Below are positions 1 to 7,540 of a DNA stretch of 29,227 bases, one piece after another. Numbering within the stretch: position 1 is the stretch's first letter; every line of letters begins with the position of its first letter. Position numbers and translations under genes: made by a program. The notes beneath the pieces are model-generated. The model was not told the origin of the DNA, made no database searches, and was given only the letters and a program-made list of their open reading frames with translations. The DNA comes from an uncultured Lachnospiraceae bacterium (GTDB taxonomy: Bacteria > Bacillota > Clostridia > Lachnospirales > Lachnospiraceae): positions 3,728-32,954 of the forward strand of contig CAJUQZ010000022.1 of NCBI GenBank assembly GCA_910588755.1, given 5' to 3'.

Positions 1-1383
1 CGCACCCCAGACGCGGATTCCCTGTCCCGGGAAGGAGCGGATCAGATTCACGCCCTTGGGATTGAGGATATCCTGCTCGCCCTTGTTGAACTGACAGTCC
101 AGTCCCACACATGCGCGGACTGTCTCGTTGGCCGGCGCCTTATGTACCCCTCTTGAATTGTCGCTGCGCGCGTATATTCCGATCACAGAACCTGATGGCG
201 GAATCGCGATGTTTCTCTTGTCCAGCGGATCAAATACCTCCAGCCACGGATGGTACATCGCCGCGTAATTGCTGTCCACAATCTCCCTGTGGGCAATGAT
301 GTCGTCCATCTTCTTCGCGTCTCTTGGCATATCGAGCACCGCGAAACGGCTGGCAAGATTCTCACAGTGGGCAACCAGCATCAGCTGCACATTGGGATCG
401 ATCACGCCCGGAACCGCCATGATGGAAACATTGTCGTTGTCCAGAAATGCCTGGATACCGGTCCGCTTTCCTGCACCCTTGTCCGTACCGATAAAATCAG
501 CCGCACTGATGTTTGCCACCGAACCGTTGCTGCCGCCCTTGAGTGCGATGACACAGAAAGCCTTCTCGGGGTCCTCCCCTGCAATCTCGTCAAACGGCGC
601 TACCGGCTCGCTCTTCTGGCTGCCGATATACTCCGCTACGATCAGGTCGGATTTCGCGGTCTTCTTCTCAATGTAGTTTGGAATCGATACATTAAAGGAA
701 AGATTCTCATAAAATTCCACGATGTCATCATACTTGACTTCCAGGTTGAACTCGCAGGTGGAAATCACTTTTGAGGGCAGCAGGTTCTTATCCACTACGT
801 CCTCCTCAAACTCCTTCTCAAAGACGAGGATATTGTCCTGGCTCTTCACGACACGGTTGTACACAACGTTGGTCATATCCTTGTACACAACCACGTCCCC
901 TTCATTGAAGCCCGCGGAGCTCTTCACCGAATACTGTTTGCCGTCCGCTGTCTGGAGCTCCTCTAAGATCTGTGTCTTTGCCTTGCTTGAAGGTGTCACT
1001 ACGATACTCATGTTGTTGCCCCATAAGCCGGGATTCTTTGCCCGCAGCGAAAGCACGGACTCCTGTGCCGGCGCCACGCCCTTTGCAGGCTTTGCGTCGC
1101 CTGGCGCCACGCGGGAAATATAGCACCTCGAACCTCCGTTCACAAAGAAGTGCTCCACCGCATAGGCGAGGAAACGATATTCTCCGAACTCATTCTCAGA
1201 GAGATATCCGCCAAATTTCCTCTTGAAATCCGCAAAGTTGGTCACAAGCTGCGGAACGCCCTCCGCCGGTCCTCTCTCTGCAAGACCGATAAAACCGGCC
1301 GTACTTGTACTTACGCCTTCCATTGGCTTTCCGCCTGAATCAAATTCCTCTACATATACGCCTGGTGATAAATATTCAGCCAT
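1..1383 (-). CDS. Contractile-tail sheath protein (phage-tail-like/eCIS type). The first 461 codons are present; the 3' end lies beyond the left window edge.
   Basis: This gene is absent from the ORF track because there is no stop codon inside the window. Reverse translation from the ATG at 1383-1381 is open all the way to base 1. It reads MAEYLSPGVYVEEFDSGGKPMEGVSTSTAGFIGLAERGP..., then ...GKRTGIQAFLDNDNVSIMAVPG..., AAMYHPWLEVFDP, IPPSGSVIGIYARSDNSRGVHKAPANE and NPKGVNLIRSFPGQGIRVWGA. These are the hallmark N-terminal and core motifs of the Phage_sheath family. Confidence 0.9.
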   Translation of the reverse strand, partial: MAEYLSPGVYVEEFDSGGKPMEGVSTSTAGFIGLAERGPAEGVPQLVTNFADFKRKFGGYLSENEFGEYRFLAYAVEHFFVNGGSRCYISRVAPGDAKPAKGVAPAQESVLSLRAKNPGLWGNNMSIVVTPSSKAKTQILEELQTADGKQYSVKSSAGFNEGDVVVYKDMTNVVYNRVVKSQDNILVFEKEFEEDVVDKNLLPSKVISTCEFNLEVKYDDIVEFYENLSFNVSIPNYIEKKTAKSDLIVAEYIGSQKSEPVAPFDEIAGEDPEKAFCVIALKGGSNGSVANISAADFIGTDKGAGKRTGIQAFLDNDNVSIMAVPGVIDPNVQLMLVAHCENLASRFAVLDMPRDAKKMDDIIAHREIVDSNYAAMYHPWLEVFDPLDKRNIAIPPSGSVIGIYARSDNSRGVHKAPANETVRACVGLDCQFNKGEQDILNPKGVNLIRSFPGQGIRVWGA

Positions 1384-1391
1384 AATCCTTT

Positions 1392-1428
1392 GGCATCGGC
1401 AGTACGAGCCGCCAATGCCCTCTCCTCC
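1392..1428 (-). promoter_or_regulatory. Leader hairpin lying between a strong GGAGG Shine-Dalgarno site and the sheath ATG (possible split ribosome-binding site)
   Basis: The minus strand reads GGAGG(1428-1424)-AGAG-[GGCAT TGG CGGC TCGTACT GCCG ATGCC](1419-1392)-AAAGGATT-ATG(1383). The bracketed hairpin has 5+4 bp with a 3-nt bulge. The proximal AAAGGA ends only 2 nt before the ATG, which is too close for a normal SD. Confidence 0.3.
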
Positions 1429-1759
1429 TTTCCCTTCATTAAAATAAATGTTTTTTCACAACATGCTGTTTTGTATTTCAGGTGCTTCTGCATCCTTACT
1501 TTTTCGATTATAAAACACACTACTGAACAAAATTCTAAACAATTTTCATGTTTATCCGTTTTATTTTGCAAAATATACCCCAAAAGTCGCGTTTCGTGCC
1601 AAATACCTTTTTTTTCGTCAAAATTATTTTTATAATGGTTTCAATTTCTACAAAACACGACAATATGCACAAAAATATATACAAAAAATATATACAAAAG
1701 AAGCCCCGCAAAACACCGAAAAACAAATATCAAAAAAAAAACAGAAAGATACGCTGCAA

Positions 1760-4555
1760 ATGACTGCTATAAAAAACGAAAACAACAAAATCCAAATTCC
1801 TAACGTTGACAAAGGATATACCATGCGCGCGGCCGATACGCTCCTGGCATCGCTGCAAGAGGATCTTGTTCTGCTCAACGCCGGCGCCGGTTATGGCAAA
1901 ACACAGATTCTTGCCAACTATGTCTCGCGTTTTCCCGGAAGGAGTGCGTGGTACAACATCGACAGCACGGACAACGATCTGATGTCCTTTGTCCGCAATT
2001 TCACAAAGTCGGTCCAGCACACGCTGGGAATCACCGATGAGGACTTTAATATTTCCCTACCGCTCCTGGAAAATATTGACATTTTAACAGAACAGCTAGT
2101 CATATGGCTTGACAGCCGGATTTCCTTTCTGAACGTGATTCTCGACGATTTCCAGGAGGTTGACAATCCCGATATTTTCAATCTGCTAGATATCCTCGTA
2201 AAGACGATGGACAAAAAAATCCGCCTGTTTATCGTGGAGAAGCGCTCTCTTCCCGCTTTTCTGCAAAAATATGCCGAGAGCGGACAAGCGTTCTGTATTG
2301 GAACGGACGACCTGAAAATCACGCTGCCCGAGATTGCCAGAATGCTTGAGCAGGTGGGCGAGCGCTCTGCACAGTGGGCGTCGCTTGTCTATGACTGCAC
2401 GGAAGGCTGGCCTGTGGGTATCGCCCAGATCATGCTCCAGCTGCGCCAGCAGAAAAAGAGCGTCACCTTTGAGGACCTGCAGACGATCTGCGACAACCTC
2501 GAAGTCTCCGACTACTTTATGACGCGCGTGTACAAGACGCTGCCTTTTAATATCCAGACCTTTCTGAAAAAGACGGCCGTGCTCGACTACATGACGCCCT
2601 CCATCTGCAACAAGGTGGCCGGCATCCACAATTCAGAGAGCATGCTGCGCTATCTTGTAAACGAGAAGCTCTTCGTCCAGACGCTCGGCGAGGTCAGCAG
2701 CCTGTACCGCTACCACTCTATTTTCCAGCACTTTTTGCTGGCGCAGACCGACGCCTCCGAACAGCAGGACGCACTCCGCACCGCCTCTTACTTTCTGCTC
2801 AAGACAAGCGATAAGATACAGGCCGCGGAGTACGCCTGCCGCGCGAAGGCCGCGGACATCGTGCAGACCGTGATTGAGGTCAGCGGCGACGCCATGTTAG
2901 ACGACAGGCTGTACGGCACACTAACGCGCTGGTTTACATTCATTGACGCAGAGCACTGTGAACTGTCCGCCAAGGGACGGTTTATCTATGGGAAATATCT
3001 GATGGCGCTCGGGCGCGCCAAAGAAGCCGGCGTGCAGATTGCAAAGGCCAAAAAAGACTTTTATGAAGCCGGACAGATGCCAGACTACGTCAAAGTGCTG
3101 CTGTTTGCCGCGGCCACAAAGCGCAAGGAAGGCGATCTGATCGAAGCGGAGAGTTATCTGGCGGAGGCCGATGCAGACAGCGCAAAGTCCTCAGGCGAGC
3201 TTGCAAAGGCCGTCTGCACGGAGCAGATCAAGCTTAAATGCTGCCTGCACCAGCTAAAGGACGCCGCCCTGCTGCTGTCCGGATACAGCCAGAGGGGCCT
3301 TGTATTTCTGCCAAATACCTTCTTATATGCCGCGCAGAAAACGTTTGCCGCAGACACCCTTCCGGCATTATACGATATACCTATCGTACATATACCGGAG
3401 GGTTTTCTCCTGCGAAACTGCATTCTTGCAGAACAGATGCGGGCTGCGTTTTTAGCCGGGGACCAGACCATCTCCGAGCAGGCCGCCATGAATATCATAC
3501 AGGGGTCCGCCTACGAGACACTCCAGACCGCCGCGGCGTGGGAGGTCCTTGCTATCCTGTCCTGGGACAAGGGAGACTACCGCAAGGCCGTGGAGCAGTT
3601 TCGCACGGGCAACACATTCCTGGTGAAAAACCATATATGGGACCTCGGTTTTCCGCCAAGGCAGCAGCAGATATTAAATAAAATCAACTCGGTCCACAGA
3701 AACGCCAGCGATACCCGCTATCCCGCCACCCATGAATATCATGAAGCCCCCAAAACACAGCTTGCTGAGGCGCTGCAGGCGGAAACGGTGCAAATACAAG
3801 CGCAGGCGCTGCAAAAGGAATCCGGCAAAATCAGAATTCAGTGCATGGACTGTTTCCGCGTGTTTCTTCCGGGCCCCGGGGAGCAGGAGGTAAAATGGCG
3901 CACCAAGAAGGCGCAGGAGTTGTTCGCCTATCTGTTCCACCTACAGGGAAAGGGTGTCTCCAAGGACGTGCTGATCGAGCTATTATGGCCGGATGCCGGC
4001 GCCAAGAACGCAATCGCCCTATTCCACACCACTCTCTACAGCATCCGCCAGGTCTTCTCCCAGGAGGGACTTGAGGACCTGATCTCCTACGAAAAGAAAG
4101 CATACGCCCTCAACATGCAGCTAGTGGACTCTGACCTGACGGAGCTTGCGGACTATCTTAACGACGCGAAAGCGTGCGGGGAGGAGCCGGAGCGAATCAT
4201 ACGGCTCTATCCGGGAAGTTATATGGGAAACAGCGGTTACCTCTGGTCCTACGGGGCCGCAAAGGAGCTGGAAAACAAATATTTCAAGGTACTACAGTCC
4301 GGCGCTGTCAAGCGGACCAGCCAGCGGCAGCCAGAAGCTGCGATTCCCTTTCTGCAGCGAATCATCGAGGCGGACCCCTACAACGAGGACATCGCGTCGC
4401 AGCTCATCGCCTGTCTGTACCAGAGCGGCCGGCAATCCGATGCCAAACACCAGTACGACCGTATGCAAAAACTCTACCGCGAAGACCTGGAACTGGATTT
4501 CACGAAGAGCTTTAAGGAGATTGTAAATCCGCACCCTGCAAAGGAGTATCTATGA
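1760..4555 (+). CDS. Large transcriptional regulator: N-terminal MalT-type STAND NTPase, a helical/TPR-like middle region, and a C-terminal SARP module (OmpR-type winged helix plus BTAD)
   Basis: The Walker A region reads LLNAGAGYGKTQILANY and the Walker B-like region reads NVILDDFQEVD, as in MalT/LuxR-type STAND N-termini. The C-terminus reads IRIQCMDCFRVFLPG..VKWRTKKAQELFAYLFHLQGKGVSKDVLIELLWPD...LFHTTLYSIRQ (wHTH), followed by a BTAD-like stretch: ...AIPFLQRIIEADPYNEDIASQLIACLYQSGRQSDAKHQYDRMQKLYREDLELD. The start could instead be the ATG at 1823, which is preceded by AAAGGA. The stop overlaps the next start as ATGA. Confidence 0.85.
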   Translation: MTAIKNENNKIQIPNVDKGYTMRAADTLLASLQEDLVLLNAGAGYGKTQILANYVSRFPGRSAWYNIDSTDNDLMSFVRNFTKSVQHTLGITDEDFNISLPLLENIDILTEQLVIWLDSRISFLNVILDDFQEVDNPDIFNLLDILVKTMDKKIRLFIVEKRSLPAFLQKYAESGQAFCIGTDDLKITLPEIARMLEQVGERSAQWASLVYDCTEGWPVGIAQIMLQLRQQKKSVTFEDLQTICDNLEVSDYFMTRVYKTLPFNIQTFLKKTAVLDYMTPSICNKVAGIHNSESMLRYLVNEKLFVQTLGEVSSLYRYHSIFQHFLLAQTDASEQQDALRTASYFLLKTSDKIQAAEYACRAKAADIVQTVIEVSGDAMLDDRLYGTLTRWFTFIDAEHCELSAKGRFIYGKYLMALGRAKEAGVQIAKAKKDFYEAGQMPDYVKVLLFAAATKRKEGDLIEAESYLAEADADSAKSSGELAKAVCTEQIKLKCCLHQLKDAALLLSGYSQRGLVFLPNTFLYAAQKTFAADTLPALYDIPIVHIPEGFLLRNCILAEQMRAAFLAGDQTISEQAAMNIIQGSAYETLQTAAAWEVLAILSWDKGDYRKAVEQFRTGNTFLVKNHIWDLGFPPRQQQILNKINSVHRNASDTRYPATHEYHEAPKTQLAEALQAETVQIQAQALQKESGKIRIQCMDCFRVFLPGPGEQEVKWRTKKAQELFAYLFHLQGKGVSKDVLIELLWPDAGAKNAIALFHTTLYSIRQVFSQEGLEDLISYEKKAYALNMQLVDSDLTELADYLNDAKACGEEPERIIRLYPGSYMGNSGYLWSYGAAKELENKYFKVLQSGAVKRTSQRQPEAAIPFLQRIIEADPYNEDIASQLIACLYQSGRQSDAKHQYDRMQKLYREDLELDFTKSFKEIVNPHPAKEYL

Positions 4556-6498
4556 ATCAAGCGCACAGTCAATACTACAGTTACCAGGAATTTATAGCAG
4601 ACCTGCTTGCCTGGGGCGACCAGATCTGCGGACAGCAAAACGAAAACGAAGCCGTAACTGAAACTGAAATAAAAACCAACCCCGAAACAAAATCCTTGTC
4701 CTTCCTGACATTATTGCAAAAATCAGCGGAAAGTGCCGACCAGGGGATTTTCTCGCCCTTTTTATACACCGCCCTCTCCGCGCAGCTGGCGCAGGAGGAC
4801 ATGCTGTTGTTTGCCGCCGCCTTCTATGCAAATCTGAACGGGGAACTGCTCACGCCCGAAATGTGGCATCTTTTTGCCGGTCACGAAAAAACCGACATAC
4901 TGGAGGCAGAACTATATTACCAGTCTGCCCCCCTTTTATATATACGCACGGATGCCGGGCTGCAGATCGTGCCCCAGATTGCCCTCTTTTTGCAGGGCGC
5001 CTGTCTGGAACGACAGAACCTTCCCGGTATGCACTGGTACTATGATATCAAGGACAGTCTCCCTCCCCTCGGAAAAACCATTCAGTTATACCGCAAAATC
5101 GATGCCTGTCTCTCTCTCGTACCGGGCAAAAAATTGGTCTATCTGCAGGGGGAACCAGGCAGCGGGCGCCGGTTAAACTATGCCTATCTTGCCGCAAAGT
5201 CCCACATGAGCCTGGCTGTAATCTCCTACGAGGCGCTGCAGTCCGGGCAACAACTGCGGGAAATCCAAATTGAATGCCTGCTGCACCATGCGCTGTTTGT
5301 CATTGAACTGCCCGCGCAGCCGGCAGACCTGGCACCCCTTATGCGCTGGCTCTCGCAGGAGGAAACCATATTCCTGTTGGGCACAAAGCCCAATCTGCCG
5401 GAGGCCGTCACTTTTTCGCGGCAGTACCTTCCTTTTTCGGTCTGCGCGCAGCAGGTGCTTGCGGACAAGGAACTGTACGAACAGATGACGCAGGCTTATT
5501 CATGGGAGCGCGAGGACGTGCGGACGGATTTTTTAAACCGCTACAACTTCCTGCCCGGCAGAATGCGCAGCATACTCGAACTTGCCAAAGCCTGCGCGCT
5601 AAGCCAGGGCAGCGGCGCCATCACCGGGGAATACCTGCGCAACGCCATTTTGGGCGTCTCCTCGCACTGTCTAGACCAGTACGCCACCAAGATTCAGGGG
5701 CTGTACCAGATGGACGACCTGATTCTCCCGGAACGCCCCAAGCAGCAGCTTGCGCACATTATAAACCGCGTCCGCAACCGGAAGCTGGTCTACGAGACCT
5801 GGGGATTTCTGGAAAAATCAGCCTACGGCAACGGCACAGCCATGATCTTTGCAGGGCCGCCGGGCACCGGAAAGACGATGGCCGCACAGGTCATGGCATC
5901 GGCGCTTGGCATGGAGCTCTACCGCATCGAACTGCCCGCCGTCGTGGACAAATACATCGGTGAGACGGAGAAAAAATTAAACCGCATCTTTGACGAGGCG
6001 GAGAAAAGCATGGCGATTCTCTTCTTTGACGAGGCGGATGTATTATTCTCAAAGCGTACAGAAGTAAAAGAGTCCAACGACAAGTACAGCAACATGGAAA
6101 TCGCCTTTCTGCTGCAGAAGATGGAGGAGTATGAGGGCGTGAGTATCCTTGCGACCAATTACCTGCAGAATTTTGACAGCGCCTTCCACCGCCGCGTCTG
6201 CGATATTATCAATTTCCCGCTGCCAGACGCCGACATGCGCCTGCAGATGTGGCAGTCGATGCTCCCCTCAAAGCTTCCGGTGTCGGACGACATTGACTTT
6301 CACTTCCTCGCGGCGCACTTCGAGCTGTCCGGCAGCATGATTAAAAACGCGCTGATCTATGCCAGCTTTCTGGCCGCGGAGGACAAAACGCCGCTTCTTA
6401 CAATGGAACAAATACTGAAAGGACTGCGTCACGAGCTTGAAAAAAGCGGCAAAAAATTAAGCCGTGACGAGTATGGAGAATATGGGCACTTATTTTGA
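4552..6498 (+). CDS. AAA+ ATPase with a long N-terminal domain and a single C-terminal AAA module (Afp15/Pvc15-like eCIS ATPase)
   Basis: The sequence reads FAGPPGTGKTMAAQVMASALGMELYRIELPAVVDKYIGETEKKLNRIFDEAEKSMAILFFDEADVLFSKRTEVKESNDKYSNMEIAFLLQKMEEYEGVSILATN...FHRR. This covers Walker A, Walker B and the arginine-finger region. An AAGGAG SD lies 5 nt upstream, and the ATGA overlap with the regulator stop suggests translational coupling. Confidence 0.9.
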   Translation: MNQAHSQYYSYQEFIADLLAWGDQICGQQNENEAVTETEIKTNPETKSLSFLTLLQKSAESADQGIFSPFLYTALSAQLAQEDMLLFAAAFYANLNGELLTPEMWHLFAGHEKTDILEAELYYQSAPLLYIRTDAGLQIVPQIALFLQGACLERQNLPGMHWYYDIKDSLPPLGKTIQLYRKIDACLSLVPGKKLVYLQGEPGSGRRLNYAYLAAKSHMSLAVISYEALQSGQQLREIQIECLLHHALFVIELPAQPADLAPLMRWLSQEETIFLLGTKPNLPEAVTFSRQYLPFSVCAQQVLADKELYEQMTQAYSWEREDVRTDFLNRYNFLPGRMRSILELAKACALSQGSGAITGEYLRNAILGVSSHCLDQYATKIQGLYQMDDLILPERPKQQLAHIINRVRNRKLVYETWGFLEKSAYGNGTAMIFAGPPGTGKTMAAQVMASALGMELYRIELPAVVDKYIGETEKKLNRIFDEAEKSMAILFFDEADVLFSKRTEVKESNDKYSNMEIAFLLQKMEEYEGVSILATNYLQNFDSAFHRRVCDIINFPLPDADMRLQMWQSMLPSKLPVSDDIDFHFLAAHFELSGSMIKNALIYASFLAAEDKTPLLTMEQILKGLRHELEKSGKKLSRDEYGEYGHLF

Positions 6499-7540
6499 AG
6501 AAGAACACGAAAGATCACAATGGGAATCCGGACAGGCCCTTCTGCACAGCGAATCCGTCAAAAAACACAATGACGGCCAACGGGAGAACGACAGGGAACG
6601 CAGCAAGGAAAACGAATCGTACCGCGTGCAAAATTCTTACGGAACCCTCCGCTATCTCAAAAAAGACAAAAAGAAGGGTGAGGAAAAAGAAGGCTTTGCC
6701 GTGGAGGCCTTCGAGGCGCCAAACACCCGTCTCCACACGGACGCGGAAAAACACCTGGACCGCAAGAGCATCAAGAAAGTAAAGCAGAATCATAAGCATA
6801 CCCTATATTCCTCCGAGCTTCCCCTGCGCGACCAGGCGCTCTTTATCGACATGCGGGGCGGCAAAAAAAGTGCGGACATGATCCAGTACATGAAGACGCT
6901 TGTCCAAAAACAAGGGCACCAGACCTTAAAGGACACCTTTGGTTTCCTGGACCAGGAGGAGGAGCGCGCGGAGCTAGAAGCCCTGAAGGAAAAAAGAAAA
7001 TCAGAGGAAAGCAATGAACAGGCATTGATGCAGAAATCAGAAAAAAGCCCTGAACAGGATTTGACACAGAAATCAGAAAAAAACCCTGAACAGGCATTGA
7101 TGCAGAAATCAGCACACAAGCCTGAACAAGAAACCGAGGAAAAAGACTTCGCTTCCCACGAAGACATGATATCCCAGAGAGAACATCAGTTTGAGAATAA
7201 TAAGCGCATCGATACCCTAAACAGCCGCCTTCGCAGAAAAGAAGCCTTAGAACGCCAGCTTCGAAACGATCTGCAGGTCATGCTGGACCAGCGTGGCCGG
7301 GAGGAGGTGCTTGAAGCACAAAAGGACCCCTCGCAGAATGCGTCTGAAACTGCTGACACCAAACAAAATCCAAAGCAGAGCGCTGCCAAAAAGGACGATT
7401 CCACGCGGAGGCGCTTTCGCGTGGACACAGAGGTTTCAGAGGCCGACGGAACCGTTTCCGGCGCGGACGAAGATGTTTTCGGGACAGATGACTCCTCCGG
7501 CCCCGACGAGGACGGAATGCCTCAGGATACAGTTCCTTAG
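6473..7540 (+). CDS. Hypothetical, highly charged K/E/Q/D-rich protein with 12-aa tandem repeats, probably largely disordered
   Basis: This is a long open frame overlapping the 3' end of the ATPase gene. Possible starts are GTG 6464, ATG 6473 and ATG 6482. I recognise no enzymatic motif. The composition is low-complexity, so the coding call rests on ORF length, co-orientation and the in-frame repeat structure. Confidence 0.6.
   Translation: MENMGTYFEEEHERSQWESGQALLHSESVKKHNDGQRENDRERSKENESYRVQNSYGTLRYLKKDKKKGEEKEGFAVEAFEAPNTRLHTDAEKHLDRKSIKKVKQNHKHTLYSSELPLRDQALFIDMRGGKKSADMIQYMKTLVQKQGHQTLKDTFGFLDQEEERAELEALKEKRKSEESNEQALMQKSEKSPEQDLTQKSEKNPEQALMQKSAHKPEQETEEKDFASHEDMISQREHQFENNKRIDTLNSRLRRKEALERQLRNDLQVMLDQRGREEVLEAQKDPSQNASETADTKQNPKQSAAKKDDSTRRRFRVDTEVSEADGTVSGADEDVFGTDDSSGPDEDGMPQDTVP
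7013..7130 (+). repeat. Three full 36-nt in-frame tandem repeats plus a partial fourth, encoding (N/P)EQ(A/D)L(M/T)QKSEK(S/N)
   Basis: Read directly from the sequence: aatgaacaggcattgatgcagaaatcagaaaaaagc / cctgaacaggatttgacacagaaatcagaaaaaaac / cctgaacaggcattgatgcagaaatcagcacacaag / cctgaacaag... Confidence 0.9.

Noticed and set aside
250-1226. Plus-strand track ORFs (250-774, 269-676, 722-1123, 972-1226) lying over the left 1.2 kb
   Set aside because: They are antisense to, or out of frame with, an uninterrupted minus-strand frame carrying unmistakable tail-sheath motifs. Their translations are low-complexity with no motifs, so they are shadow ORFs.
1-1383. Interpreting the sheath gene as part of an ordinary myovirus prophage or a T6SS
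   Set aside because: I did not adopt this as the primary reading. The adjacent AAA+ ATPase looks Afp15-like, and no phage or T6SS (ClpV, TssB-like small sheath subunit) genes are seen on this side. It cannot be fully excluded without the sequence to the left.
1672-1697. Exact 13-nt direct repeat (AAAATATATACAA, two copies) in the sheath/regulator divergent region, considered as a possible SARP operator
   Set aside because: The sequence is very AT-rich and low in complexity, there are only two copies, and the 13-nt phasing does not match the roughly 11-nt phasing typical of SARP sites. It is not distinguishable from chance.
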